From: Promethearchaeia archaeon
GTDB taxonomy: Archaea; Asgardarchaeota; Lokiarchaeia; Sigyniarchaeales; SOKP01
Reading direction: 5' to 3'
DNA: 64,000 nt
NCBI GenBank assembly: GCA_029856045.1
Contig: JAHQWG010000039.1
Span: 56,728-120,727, forward strand
How positions within the stretch are numbered: position 1 is the stretch's first letter; every line of letters begins with the position of its first letter. The notes under the pieces were generated by a model. The model was not told the origin of the DNA. It made no database searches and saw only the letters and a list, made by a program, of their open reading frames with translations. Position numbers and translations under genes: made by a program. Of the stretch, positions 49,698 through 60,364 are shown piece by piece.

Positions 49698-51308
49698 TTA
49701 TTCAATTTTACCTAATTTTTTAATGCCAAAGAATAGTAAGGGAATAGCAGCCCCACCTCCTATAAGGAATAAAGGAAATGGTAAAATGAATTTTATTAAT
49801 TCAAGAGGTGGATCTATTATTACAATTATTGCTATATAGAAAAATATAGTAACGAACATTGCAGCCATATTAATTACAACTATTAGAAGTATATTTAATT
49901 GCATATCAGCACCTTTCTCTTCGAACGCAGGATTAATACATTGTAATCCTATCGCCTGAGAAAGCGTTAACATGCAGTAAATTACAAAGAGGAAAAAGAA
50001 ATATATTGAGGTAAAGAGGTCGTATTGAAAGAAAATAGTTAAAAAGATCGTAAGTCCTAAACTAATAAAGATTACTAAAATTAGCATCATTCGCAAATAG
50101 GAATAAACAAGAGCATACACATTTCTAGGAGATCTTTTATACACCCATAATAAATCCTTGGAACCAACGAAAATATAATTACCAATCATTACGCCAAACA
50201 TCATACCTCCTATCATGATAATCATTATCATATACAAATCTATTTCACCTAAATCCATTTCGCCACCACTTATAAAAGAAAAAATCACCCCTTCTGCTGC
50301 AGCAAGTCCTACTACATAAACAAGTTTCATAATACTTTCTTTCCTTCTAAAGAATTCCTTAAATTGAGTAATAACCAATCCCTCCCATTTAGATCCTGTA
50401 ATTTTTCTTATGAAGCCATATAGTTTATTTTCTTGTTCAATAATTGCCGAAATTCTTTCTATTCCACCCTCTAAGGTAAAAAACGCATCCGCTCTTTTAA
50501 ACGATATATATAAAACTAATAATGGCACAAAAACAGCTACCAATAAACTATACCATATATCTAGAAAATAAGAACTAATTAATACTGGATCTATAATGTA
50601 TAAAATAATATTAGAGAACCATAAAGAAGGATAAAACATTAACCAATTTTTTAATTCAGGATTGTTCATAAGTTGGTTGAATAGAAACATTAATGAATAC
50701 ATGACAATCATCATAGCAATAGAAAGTACAAACATTAAAGCTTTCCCTAAATCCCTTGCCCTCTCACTTTTAGCAATTTTATGCTCGAGCCAAGCGGTAA
50801 TAATTGATCCAAGTAAAGCGGCAAAAAATACAAGCCCAATTACACTCAAATAAATTAAAATATACTGAATAATATTCAAATCAATTATTGGATTGATAAG
50901 ACCCATAAGTATTGGTGTAAAAATTAAGATAAAGGCTAAGAAAATTGGCAGTTTGCCTATGTATTCTCCTAAAAAAATATCACCTGCTGTGGCTGGAGAA
51001 GCTAATAATATCTCTTTATAACCTATCTCTGTCTTACGATAAATATTTTGTAGGGGATACGTTATGAGCATTAAAAAAAACATCATCAACAAGAATTCAA
51101 TAATTAAAGCGATGGCGGGTATAATTATTTCTGCAGGAAAGGCACCTACTATATTTGGTATAAATAGATCGAATAGGAAAGGAGCTAAAAGAAATGCCCA
51201 TATTAAAAGGAGGGAATATATTATTATAAAAAATCTTATTCGATGATTTCGCTGGCCGCTTGTCCTGCGCCTAAGTTCATTTTTCGCAATCACTTTCCAT
51301 AGAGTCAT
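49698..51308 (-). CDS. Putative ABC exporter permease
   Basis: Many TM segments; its start overlaps the ABC ATPase stop (ATGA). Confidence 0.75.
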   Translation of the reverse strand: MTLWKVIAKNELRRRTSGQRNHRIRFFIIIYSLLLIWAFLLAPFLFDLFIPNIVGAFPAEIIIPAIALIIEFLLMMFFLMLITYPLQNIYRKTEIGYKEILLASPATAGDIFLGEYIGKLPIFLAFILIFTPILMGLINPIIDLNIIQYILIYLSVIGLVFFAALLGSIITAWLEHKIAKSERARDLGKALMFVLSIAMMIVMYSLMFLFNQLMNNPELKNWLMFYPSLWFSNIILYIIDPVLISSYFLDIWYSLLVAVFVPLLVLYISFKRADAFFTLEGGIERISAIIEQENKLYGFIRKITGSKWEGLVITQFKEFFRRKESIMKLVYVVGLAAAEGVIFSFISGGEMDLGEIDLYMIMIIMIGGMMFGVMIGNYIFVGSKDLLWVYKRSPRNVYALVYSYLRMMLILVIFISLGLTIFLTIFFQYDLFTSIYFFFLFVIYCMLTLSQAIGLQCINPAFEEKGADMQLNILLIVVINMAAMFVTIFFYIAIIVIIDPPLELIKFILPFPLFLIGGGAAIPLLFFGIKKLGKIE

Positions 51309-52141
51309 TTTTTATCTTTCCTTTTCTTCTTCTTTTTTTTACTTATTTCATTATTATTGGGCGTTTCTTCCCTCCAAGCCAATAAATCTTCAATTTTAGT
51401 CGTACCCATAATTTTTAAATATGCATCTTCTAAATCCTCAGCATTTACAGAATTTATTATGTCTCTTGGTGTTCCTTCCACCTTTAGTACTCCTTTATCA
51501 ATAATTCCAATCATATCACATAAATCTTCAGCAGCATCAAGAAGATGTGTGCAAATAAAAATAGTCTTATCCGCTTTTTTTGCAAGATCGGAGATTAGAT
51601 CTTTTACCATTTTTGCTGCAACAGGGTCTAAATTTGATGTAGGCTCATCTAAAAAAATAATCTTCGGATCTTGTATCAATGCGGCACATAAACATACTTT
51701 TTGTTTCATACCTCGAGAATAACCCTCTAAAAGATCATTCTCTCTATCCTCTAAGTCAAATAACTCTAATAATTCATCAATACGTGATGATATTACTTCT
51801 TTAGGCAAGTAATATAACTCACCTATAAATTCTAAAAATTCAACCGCTGTTAATTTCTGATATAACCCAGGAGATTCTGGTAAAAAACCACAATTCATTT
51901 TAACCTCTTTACTTTGGGTAATTATGTCATAACCAGCAACTTGTGCGGTACCCGAAGTAGGAGATATAATTGAATTAAGCATTCTAACAGTTGTGGTCTT
52001 ACCAGCTCCATTAGGTCCTAAAATTCCGTAGGTTTTACCATATAATATTTTTAAATTAAGATTTTTAACAGCGATTACATTTCCAAAATCTTTAGTTAGA
52101 TTTTGAGTAATTATCGCATAATCCATAGTCATCTTTATCAT
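51305..52141 (-). CDS. ABC transporter ATP-binding protein
   Basis: GPNGAGKTT, YSRGMKQK, FLDEP, CTH; true start near 52141/52132 rather than 52240. Confidence 0.93.
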   Translation of the reverse strand: MIKMTMDYAIITQNLTKDFGNVIAVKNLNLKILYGKTYGILGPNGAGKTTTVRMLNSIISPTSGTAQVAGYDIITQSKEVKMNCGFLPESPGLYQKLTAVEFLEFIGELYYLPKEVISSRIDELLELFDLEDRENDLLEGYSRGMKQKVCLCAALIQDPKIIFLDEPTSNLDPVAAKMVKDLISDLAKKADKTIFICTHLLDAAEDLCDMIGIIDKGVLKVEGTPRDIINSVNAEDLEDAYLKIMGTTKIEDLLAWREETPNNNEISKKKKKKRKDKK

Positions 52142-52226
52142 ATCCAAATTTTTTTTAATCGTATATTTCTTTAAATATTTTAAGTATTTATACAATTTTT
52201 TTATACATATTGATTTATTTTTATAA

Positions 52227-52637
52227 TTATTTTTTATCAAATTCGATAAGGTCTTCTAATTTATACTTTAATTGTTTTGCAATTTTTTCTATAAAATCTG
52301 GTGGCTTATCTTCTTCTTTAAATTCTTCATTTTCTATTTTCTTTATTTGTTCTACTGTTACTCCAATTAAAGTTGCTAACTGTTCTTGGGTAAGATTAAA
52401 CTCTGCTCGTCTTATTTTCATTACTGACTCATATTCAAATATATCATCAATTGATTTTCCAAAATGCTTCGCTATATCATGCGCTATTTTCAGTGATGGA
52501 TTGTAATCTCCCTTTTCTAAATATGAGATGGTTTGTCTCGAAACCCCTATGGCATCCGCTAATTCTTGTTGTGTCATAAAATTATTTGCTTCTCTTAATT
52601 CCTTTATTTTGGATACTAATTTTTTCGCTAATCTCAC
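52227..52637 (-). CDS. Tandem XRE/Cro (HTH_3) regulator
   Basis: TQQELADAIGVSRQTI..LEKG.YNPSL and a second LTQEQLA.LIGV..IE domain. Confidence 0.9.
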   Translation of the reverse strand: MRLAKKLVSKIKELREANNFMTQQELADAIGVSRQTISYLEKGDYNPSLKIAHDIAKHFGKSIDDIFEYESVMKIRRAEFNLTQEQLATLIGVTVEQIKKIENEEFKEEDKPPDFIEKIAKQLKYKLEDLIEFDKK

Positions 52638-52691
52638 AGAATCACCTTACTATAGGCAAATAATTATAAAAATTTAAAAAAAAATTAATTA

Positions 52692-53540
52692 TTAAAATTT
52701 AAATAAATCTTCGATTCTAACCTTTAACTCTTTCGCAATTTTATAGGCTAATGACAAAGATGGTGTATATTTACCTGACTCTAATTGTTCTATAGTTACT
52801 TTCTTAACACCGACTTTCTCTGCTAAATCTAACATGGATAGATTTTGATTTTCTCTCAATTCTTTAATACTATTCTTTAGTAAATCATCCTTATCTCTCA
52901 ATTTCGTTAAAACATATGATATAAAGTTATCAAACGCCAATTCTTGTGGCTTAAAGATTTTATCTTCCAGTCCAGATGGCAAGACGTTATATTTATCCAA
53001 CATTTGTTTTAACTCTTTCTCAAATGTGAAGGGATCTTTTATACCTGGTATGTATCCCTCCGGTTTTCCATAACCTTTTGCTGCTTGGGTATAAGCGCTT
53101 CCTCCAGCAGTTTCAATTTTCACCGTATAAAGACCAAAAATTCTATCGAAAAGACCATTTACAATATTAATATTTTGAATCCGAGAAAAAGGTATTGTTG
53201 CTCTGTTCTTAGTCCAAATTCCATGTTTAATCTCCAAATGAGAACTCATCATTCTATACGAGAAATTTTTGAGATAATATTGTATATATATATCATTCAC
53301 CACCAAGATAATTACACTCGGAATTATTACAATATACAGTAATAATTGGATAAAGAGAGATTGCAGAAACGCTGGATTCACATATCCAATTTCAGGATCT
53401 AATTGCACCAACGATAATATTAAAACAACTAGTAGCCATGAAAGGGCCAGAATTACAACGCAACCAAATATCGCCTTTACATCTGATTTTTTTCTTAAGG
53501 AATTATCGATTCTTTGCTCATCAGCTTCTTTTGTTTCCAT
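52692..53540 (-). CDS. 2-TM plus bacterial PH (bPH_2) domain plus XRE HTH fusion
   Basis: IPFSRIQNI...RIFGL..V.IETAG (bPH_2); C-terminal LAEKVGV..TI..LESGKY.PSL. Confidence 0.85.
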   Translation of the reverse strand: METKEADEQRIDNSLRKKSDVKAIFGCVVILALSWLLVVLILSLVQLDPEIGYVNPAFLQSLFIQLLLYIVIIPSVIILVVNDIYIQYYLKNFSYRMMSSHLEIKHGIWTKNRATIPFSRIQNINIVNGLFDRIFGLYTVKIETAGGSAYTQAAKGYGKPEGYIPGIKDPFTFEKELKQMLDKYNVLPSGLEDKIFKPQELAFDNFISYVLTKLRDKDDLLKNSIKELRENQNLSMLDLAEKVGVKKVTIEQLESGKYTPSLSLAYKIAKELKVRIEDLFKF

Positions 53541-53594
53541 TTTTTATTTTTCAACTCCTTTTTATTTTTTTTTTTTTATGTAAATATTTTTGGA

Positions 53595-53613
53595 ATGCAA
53601 ATATATTTGACAT
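53595..53613. promoter_or_regulatory. Candidate XRE operator
   Basis: Palindrome core CAAATATATTTG (53598-53609) between a minus-strand TTTAAATA (about 53643-53650) and the PH-XRE start codon. Confidence 0.4.
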
Positions 53614-53884
53614 TTTCTTTACTTAACTATAATAATACTTACATATTTAAAGGTTTTGATCAAAATTTTAATTGAAGAAAAGAAAGTAAGAGAAATTTAG
53701 TTTTGATTTGGAGTTGCAACCTAATGTACAATTCTTTGAGCTTTATAAAACCATCCTGGGCTATATCTTTTGATAATTTGTCCTTTTATTGCAATATGCC
53801 ACACAATTTCTCCTTTCAATTGTTAATTCCATAAAGTTTCAGAAAAAAGTAAAATATTTATTTTAAATCATAGAAATTAATTAT

Positions 53885-54709
53885 ATGAAGTCTGATTTAC
53901 TGAAAGATAAAATTGCAATTGTAACGGGCGCTTCAGGTGGAATTGGTCGAGAAATTGTTAAATTATTGGATCAAAACGGAATTCGCTTGGTTCTTACTGA
54001 TATTAATGAGGAAAGACTTAATGAAATTGGGAAAGAACTTTCTCAGGAACCTTTAACAATTCTATGTGATATAACTAAACTTGATCAAGTAAAAAACTTA
54101 ATATCTCAAACTTTAGCAAAGTATGAAACAATAGATATTCTTGTAAATACAGTAGGGATCATAATACCTGCACTTTTTGAAGATGCTACTTATGATGACA
54201 TAGAAAAACAGATTAATGTTAATTTAGTGGGTATAATTCGCTGTATCAAAGAAGTGATTCCGGTAATGAAAAAAGCTGAAAAGGGAAATATTGTAACGAT
54301 ATCATCTCTCGCTGGTATTGCTCCCGAAACCTATAGTTCTATTTATACTGCAACAAAGTTTGCTCTTAGGGGGTTATGTTTTACTCTAAACCTTGAGCTT
54401 AAAAAATACAATATAGTGGTTTCTACTATTTTTCCAGATTCAGTTGATACTCCTATGCTTGAATTCGAAGCAAAACATGGAGGCTCTCCTCTAACTTTTC
54501 GGGCTGAGCCAATAAAACCTGAAAAGGTTGCGAAATTAGTATTAAAAGCTATCATTAAAAAAAAAGTTGAGCTGTACATTCCCAGATTTGACGCATTTCT
54601 CTCTAAATTTATTATGTGCTTTCCTAAGGTAATTCAAAAACTCTGGCCGAGATTTGAAAAGAAGGGAGAGAAGAAAAAAGAGGAATTTTTAAGAAATTTA
54701 GAAAAATAA
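53885..54709 (+). CDS. Short-chain dehydrogenase/reductase
   Basis: TGASGGIG, catalytic Ser, YTATK. Confidence 0.93.
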   Translation: MKSDLLKDKIAIVTGASGGIGREIVKLLDQNGIRLVLTDINEERLNEIGKELSQEPLTILCDITKLDQVKNLISQTLAKYETIDILVNTVGIIIPALFEDATYDDIEKQINVNLVGIIRCIKEVIPVMKKAEKGNIVTISSLAGIAPETYSSIYTATKFALRGLCFTLNLELKKYNIVVSTIFPDSVDTPMLEFEAKHGGSPLTFRAEPIKPEKVAKLVLKAIIKKKVELYIPRFDAFLSKFIMCFPKVIQKLWPRFEKKGEKKKEEFLRNLEK

Positions 54710-54727
54710 TTCCATAAAAGTTTAAAT

Positions 54728-55480
54728 TTATGGCATTTTTTTGCTTTGATCTTTTACAGCCTGAATGGCTTTCTCAATTTCTTTTGGATCGCCAAGATAA
54801 TAATGTTTGAGAGGTTTTAAATCTTTATCTAATTCATAAATTAATGGAATACCTGTTGGAATATCCAACTTTGGGATTTCTTCATCTGAAATATTATCTA
54901 AATCCTTAACTAAACCTCGTAAGCTGTTACCATGGGCAGAGATCAAAACTTTTTTCCCTGATTTGATTGTTGGTGAAATGACATTTCGCCAGTACGGAAG
55001 AACACGTGCTATAGTATCTTTGAGACACTCGGTTAAGGGAATATCCTCCTCTTTTAGATGTTTATATTTTGGATCATGCCCAGGATAACGGGAATCTGAT
55101 TTATCCAACGCTGGAGGAGGAATATCAAAACTTCGACGCCAAATATAAACTTGTTCTTCACCCTTTTCTATGGCGGTTTCAGCTTTATCCAACCCTTGTA
55201 GACTTCCGTAATGGCGTTCATTTAGCCTCCAGGAGCGAAACACCGGAATCCACATCAAATCCATCTCTTCAAGAACGATCCATAACGTTCGAATGCCTCT
55301 TTTCAAAACTGAAGTATATGCAATATCAAAAGTATAACCTCCATTTTTTAGGAGAAGTGCTGCTTTCCTAGATTCTTCAATACCTTTTTGAGATAAATCA
55401 ACATCTGTCCAACCAGTAAATTTGGATGGAATTTTATTCCATACACTCTCACCATGTCGCAATAAAACGAGTTTAAACAT
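54728..55480 (-). CDS. gpmA: 2,3-bisphosphoglycerate-dependent phosphoglycerate mutase
   Basis: [31 protein letters not shown]. Confidence 0.96.
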   Translation of the reverse strand: MFKLVLLRHGESVWNKIPSKFTGWTDVDLSQKGIEESRKAALLLKNGGYTFDIAYTSVLKRGIRTLWIVLEEMDLMWIPVFRSWRLNERHYGSLQGLDKAETAIEKGEEQVYIWRRSFDIPPPALDKSDSRYPGHDPKYKHLKEEDIPLTECLKDTIARVLPYWRNVISPTIKSGKKVLISAHGNSLRGLVKDLDNISDEEIPKLDIPTGIPLIYELDKDLKPLKHYYLGDPKEIEKAIQAVKDQSKKMP

Positions 55481-55608
55481 AATTTGAAATTGACACCCTC
55501 GAAATTTTAATAATTTGATAGATTAATAATCTTCAATTAATGTGAAATACTTTATGATTCTTTAAAAAAATTTTTTAAAAAAATTATCCTATAATTAGTG
55601 ATTCAAAT

Positions 55609-56658
55609 ATGAATACTATAGAAAAGTTAGAAGAAATAAGGAAAAAGTTGGAATTTAGACCAAAAATTGATGAAGCAAGTTTTTCTAAGATTAAATTGAA
55701 AGATTATACAATTCCTGAGGTGGATTATGACTCAATTGATTTATCAACAGAATTTCTCGGAAAAAAACTTAAAATACCTCTTGTAATCCTCGGATGGACA
55801 GGTGGCTCTGAATATATAAAACAAATTAATGAAATTCTAGCTGAAGCAGCAGAGAGAATGGGAATTGGGTTTGGGTGTGGCTCTCAATATGCAGCAATAG
55901 AAAACCCGGGAATTCAGAGTAGTTTTACAGTAATTAAAGATTTGGCTCCAAATGTATTAAAAATCGCTAATATATCCGCTACACATCTGAAAAAAGAGAA
56001 TTTCGGTGTAGAAGAATTAAATAAATGTATTGATATGATTGATGCAGATGCAATAGCTCTGTATTTTAATACATTACAAGAGGTTCTTAAACCAGAAGGA
56101 GAAAAAAATTTTAAAGGCTTACTCGGGAAAATAAAAGAATCAATTCCGCACGTTAAAAAGCCAATTATTGTGAAAGGATATGGAGATGGAATAACCAGAA
56201 TGGATGCAATAGCTTTACATGATATTGGTATTAAATATATTGATATTAGTGGATATGCGGGACCAAATAAATATGTAATTGAAGAATATAATTTATATAA
56301 GGATTCATATGATTTTTCCAGAAATTTAGCAAAGGTTTTTGAGAAATGGGGGACTTCTACTGTTCGTTCAATCTTAAATGTTAGTGGAATATATGACAAT
56401 TCTCAGGTGAAAATTATTGCATCTGGGGGTATCAGAACAGGGATAAATATTGCAAAGTGTATCTGCTTAGGTGCAAATATAGCAGGTGTTGCATCACCAT
56501 TTTTAAAAACTGCTGAACAGGATATAGAAAATGGAAAAGGTCCCCTTATATCAATAAGATTGATTAAAACATTTTTAGAAGAATTAAAAATTGCTATGTT
56601 TGTATCTGGCTCTGAGAAAATTTCAGATCTGACCGTAGATAAAATTGAATCTTTTTAG
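55609..56658 (+). CDS. Type 2 isopentenyl-diphosphate isomerase family flavoprotein (divergent active site)
   Basis: IDLSTEFLGKKL..P, TGG, GSQ, N..QE...PEG, ASGGIR; several substrate-binding residues changed. Confidence 0.8.
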   Translation: MNTIEKLEEIRKKLEFRPKIDEASFSKIKLKDYTIPEVDYDSIDLSTEFLGKKLKIPLVILGWTGGSEYIKQINEILAEAAERMGIGFGCGSQYAAIENPGIQSSFTVIKDLAPNVLKIANISATHLKKENFGVEELNKCIDMIDADAIALYFNTLQEVLKPEGEKNFKGLLGKIKESIPHVKKPIIVKGYGDGITRMDAIALHDIGIKYIDISGYAGPNKYVIEEYNLYKDSYDFSRNLAKVFEKWGTSTVRSILNVSGIYDNSQVKIIASGGIRTGINIAKCICLGANIAGVASPFLKTAEQDIENGKGPLISIRLIKTFLEELKIAMFVSGSEKISDLTVDKIESF

Positions 56659-56721
56659 TTAGTATCTAATTTCCAAATTTTTTATTATTATACTATTTTT
56701 TGGGAAAAAAGAAAAAACCCG

Positions 56722-58758
56722 ATGAATCTTAAATCAAATAGTTTCCAGAAAAAGGCAGGAATATTCTATACTCCAGAGTACATTAGTGAATTCATTGTAA
56801 AAAACGCAATTTTTGAATATATATTAACATTCTTTGAAAAAAGATATCAGAATATTGATGAATTAATTTTATCAGACAATCTTGATGACTTAAAAAAATT
56901 AAATAACATTATTATACATTTGAAAATCTTAGACCCAGCATGCGGAGCTGGCATATTTTTATTAAAATCGGGACAAATATTATTTGAATTAACGAGTAAA
57001 ATTGCAAAAAGATTAAATCTTAGAGAACCGACCTCCAAGAATAAGGTTGAGATATTAGAAAATAATCTTTACGGTGTTGATATATTTGAAGAAATTGTTC
57101 AAGAATGCAAATCCCAAATGAAAAAATGGTTGATTTCAAACGATCAACTTAATTTTAATAATTATGGAAATAAAAATATAAATTTTAATATAAAGGTTGG
57201 AAATAGTTTAATTAGCAGTTTAAATGAAGAAATAAATGGGGAAGATGCATTTAGTAAAGATTTTTCAATAGATTGGAAGTTATTCCACTGGAGTAAAGAA
57301 TTTCCTGAAGTAATTAAGAGCGGAGGATTTGATATCATTTTGGAAAATCCGCCCTATATTTTTACAAGAGGAGAGAATTTTTCTCCTTTACAGAAAAAGT
57401 ACTTCAAAAATTATATTTCTAAGTTAGGGTTAATTCAATCAAAAAAAGGAAGGCAAATTCAATCCAATAAATTAAATACGTATTCTCTATTTATCTTAAG
57501 GTCTTTAGAATTATTAAAAGAGGGTGGAAAATTAGCGGCAATAATTCCAAATAATTTTTTACGCAATACTAATCTCGATATTTACAGAGATTACATACTT
57601 AGTAATTATTCAATCAATCGAATTGTTGATTTATCTAATAGTGTTTTTCGAAATGTAGTTGCATCTATTGCCTGCTTATTTATTGAAAACAAAAAGCCAG
57701 ATGAGGAATTCAAGACGCAAATTATATCAAATATTGAAAATCTTAATGAAAACATTTATACAGAAAATAAGAGAACACAATCCAGTTTTCTGAAAAATAA
57801 GAGCTATGTAATTAATATTTATCTTGATGACACAGCACATAAAATTTGTGAAGAAATTATAAATAATTCAATAAGGTTAGGAGAAATTACTGAGTATATT
57901 ATTGAAGGAATTATCTGCTCTAAAAAGAGAAATGTCTTTGAAACTCGACTGATGTCCATAGATATGCCTTTTTTAGAGGGAAAAAATATTGATCGGTATA
58001 TTACTAAATGGTCTGGAAAGTTTATTAGATATAAAAGAGAAAATTTGCATAGGGCAAGACCTAATGAAGTATTTACTAGCAATAAATTGATATTACAAAG
58101 AATTAGTGGAGGACCTAAACCATTAAAAGTGAATTATGACCCTGGGATTTTTTATACATTTTCATCGATAAATAATATAATCATTAGTGACGAATACCGA
58201 AAGAAATTTCCTTTAAAACTTGTTTTAGTAATTTTAAACTCCAATCTAATGAACTGGTATTATGCAATAAATTTCTCAAATAGGTCAGAACTTACAGTAA
58301 ATATATCAAAAACTTTTTTGGAAGAAATACCTATTGTTAGACCTAAAAATAAATCCCTTTTTGAAAATATCGCAGATTATTTGATGTTTCTATTTCAGTA
58401 TTATAATATTGAAAATGAAAATTTAATTTTCAACGATGCGATGATCCAATTTTTTTATGAATTAAGTAATGGAATAGTTTATGAACTATATATGAATGAA
58501 AAAACTCATTCAAATTTATTAATTAATTTAGAAAATAAGTTAATGCCAATAGAATTTGATGATTGGATTTATGGAAAATTTAGTAATCTCATTTTTAAAG
58601 AAGAGCTATTTCATTTTAAAAAAATTGAAAAGATTAATCTTGAAAAAATAGAGAAGGTTTATGAGATTTTAATTAAAGATAACACGATTCGGACTAATTT
58701 AACTGAAATATTTGAAAATAAGTGGATAAAGTTTATTGAGAGAGGGGTTAAAAGGTGA
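56722..58758 (+). CDS. N6-adenine DNA methyltransferase, gamma class (TaqI/Eco57I-like), no nuclease domain
   Basis: GIFYTP, ILDPACGAG, FDIILENPPY, then a TaqI_C-like TRD (ILNSNLMNWYY). Confidence 0.88.
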   Translation: MNLKSNSFQKKAGIFYTPEYISEFIVKNAIFEYILTFFEKRYQNIDELILSDNLDDLKKLNNIIIHLKILDPACGAGIFLLKSGQILFELTSKIAKRLNLREPTSKNKVEILENNLYGVDIFEEIVQECKSQMKKWLISNDQLNFNNYGNKNINFNIKVGNSLISSLNEEINGEDAFSKDFSIDWKLFHWSKEFPEVIKSGGFDIILENPPYIFTRGENFSPLQKKYFKNYISKLGLIQSKKGRQIQSNKLNTYSLFILRSLELLKEGGKLAAIIPNNFLRNTNLDIYRDYILSNYSINRIVDLSNSVFRNVVASIACLFIENKKPDEEFKTQIISNIENLNENIYTENKRTQSSFLKNKSYVINIYLDDTAHKICEEIINNSIRLGEITEYIIEGIICSKKRNVFETRLMSIDMPFLEGKNIDRYITKWSGKFIRYKRENLHRARPNEVFTSNKLILQRISGGPKPLKVNYDPGIFYTFSSINNIIISDEYRKKFPLKLVLVILNSNLMNWYYAINFSNRSELTVNISKTFLEEIPIVRPKNKSLFENIADYLMFLFQYYNIENENLIFNDAMIQFFYELSNGIVYELYMNEKTHSNLLINLENKLMPIEFDDWIYGKFSNLIFKEELFHFKKIEKINLEKIEKVYEILIKDNTIRTNLTEIFENKWIKFIERGVKR

Positions 58759-59014
58759 AAAATCTTATTCCATTTACTTATTTAAAATTCTAAAAATAAT
58801 TAAAATTACAAAATCTTAGAGCACTAATCTTTGATATGAGATTTTAAAAATAATTTTTGTAGTTAAAAATTTTTAATATTTAATTTGATAATTTAAATAT
58901 TATTGTCGGAAATATATCTATCGAATAATACCTTAAAGGTAAGATTGTTAATACGCAAAATTTTAAATATTAGAATTTGTTCTTAATAAAAATAAATATC
59001 AAATATCACAATAA

Positions 59015-60331
59015 TTGCGGGGAAATATCATAAAAAATTTAAACATAAATCAGAATAATCAACTGAAATATTTAATAATAAAAAACCCATTAGATTTACA
59101 AATTGAAAGAAAAGATATATTTTATCGCGAATCTTATTCCGAAATTATTGATTATATAAAATTTTTATTGAGTTCTGAGGTTGTATCATCAGAAATTAAA
59201 ATAAAGAAGATTAAAGGTTCAATTTTGATTGATGCTCCTTATGGTTCAGATATACTACGTTATATTAAATTGATTGCAAAGACATTCACTTTAAAATTTG
59301 TAAAATTAAATTTTTCCGAGATTAGAAAATCTCCTGATGATTTTATATTAAATTTTCCAAATATTTTTGATAATTTGGCTAAAAATTATAGGGATGCTAA
59401 AAAATTAGAGCAAGAACTTAAAGAAAAAGATAAAACCATTGAAAGAGCTTTAAAATTTATATTTGTTGTTGAAAATCAACAAGAATTTTTTCAGAGAAAC
59501 TATAAAGATATTCATTTTGATATATTCGAACATTTATATTATGAATTAAAAAATAAGATGGAAAATTTCAATTTTAACGAGAATGGGATTATTTTCCTAG
59601 GAATTAATCATCTGGAGAATTCTTTATGCCGAGCAAGTTTTAAATTATTTGATTTTTATTTAAAAATTCCAACTATCGCTGAAAATGAAAGAAGGATTAT
59701 CTTAGAAAAAATTAGTGAAGAGATATCTACAAATCATACTTTTGATGTGGGCAGAATTACTTCCTTAACTGATGGTTGGGAAGTAAAAGATATAAGGGAA
59801 TTGATAAGCACTGCATATTTACGGAATGTGGCAAAATTAAATGATTCTATTAATGATATTACAGAAACAATAGAAAAAATTATTGACAAAGGGGAATTTA
59901 TTCCTTCATATTTAATTTCATTAAATTCTATTCAAAATAAATTAGGGGAATTTCAAACTCCTATAAATTCCTCAATAGTTCAATCAATAAATCAAAATAA
60001 GAAATTTAAAATAGAACTTTCAAAAGTAGATCACAAAAAAATTCCAGAACTTGAATCCAAATTAAGAGCTGAAATAGAAAAGATTAAATCACAAAGAATT
60101 TCAAATTTTATGGTACAACAATTATATGAGGATGCAGCCTCAGAAAATTATACAGAGCTCTTAGTCATATTAGATAAGATGAAAAAGAAAGAACCCCTTG
60201 AAGATTACGATCGAAAATTATTAGCAGAATATTCTTTTATTTTGAATGACCCTCCAAATATCGCTTTAATACTGTTAGAAAAGGCAAAAAAAAGAATTGA
60301 TAATATTAAAAAAGCATTTAGGAAGGAATAG
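59015..60331 (+). CDS. Degenerate (probably inactive) classical AAA ATPase-fold protein
   Basis: Follows the CDC48/PAN pattern, but Walker A is DAPYGSDI, there is no DE Walker B and no Arg finger; lid ERRIIL...LTDGWEVKDI retained. Confidence 0.7.
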   Translation: MRGNIIKNLNINQNNQLKYLIIKNPLDLQIERKDIFYRESYSEIIDYIKFLLSSEVVSSEIKIKKIKGSILIDAPYGSDILRYIKLIAKTFTLKFVKLNFSEIRKSPDDFILNFPNIFDNLAKNYRDAKKLEQELKEKDKTIERALKFIFVVENQQEFFQRNYKDIHFDIFEHLYYELKNKMENFNFNENGIIFLGINHLENSLCRASFKLFDFYLKIPTIAENERRIILEKISEEISTNHTFDVGRITSLTDGWEVKDIRELISTAYLRNVAKLNDSINDITETIEKIIDKGEFIPSYLISLNSIQNKLGEFQTPINSSIVQSINQNKKFKIELSKVDHKKIPELESKLRAEIEKIKSQRISNFMVQQLYEDAASENYTELLVILDKMKKKEPLEDYDRKLLAEYSFILNDPPNIALILLEKAKKRIDNIKKAFRKE

Positions 60332-60364
60332 AAAATTTCGACAAAATCAAAAAAAATCAAGCCT

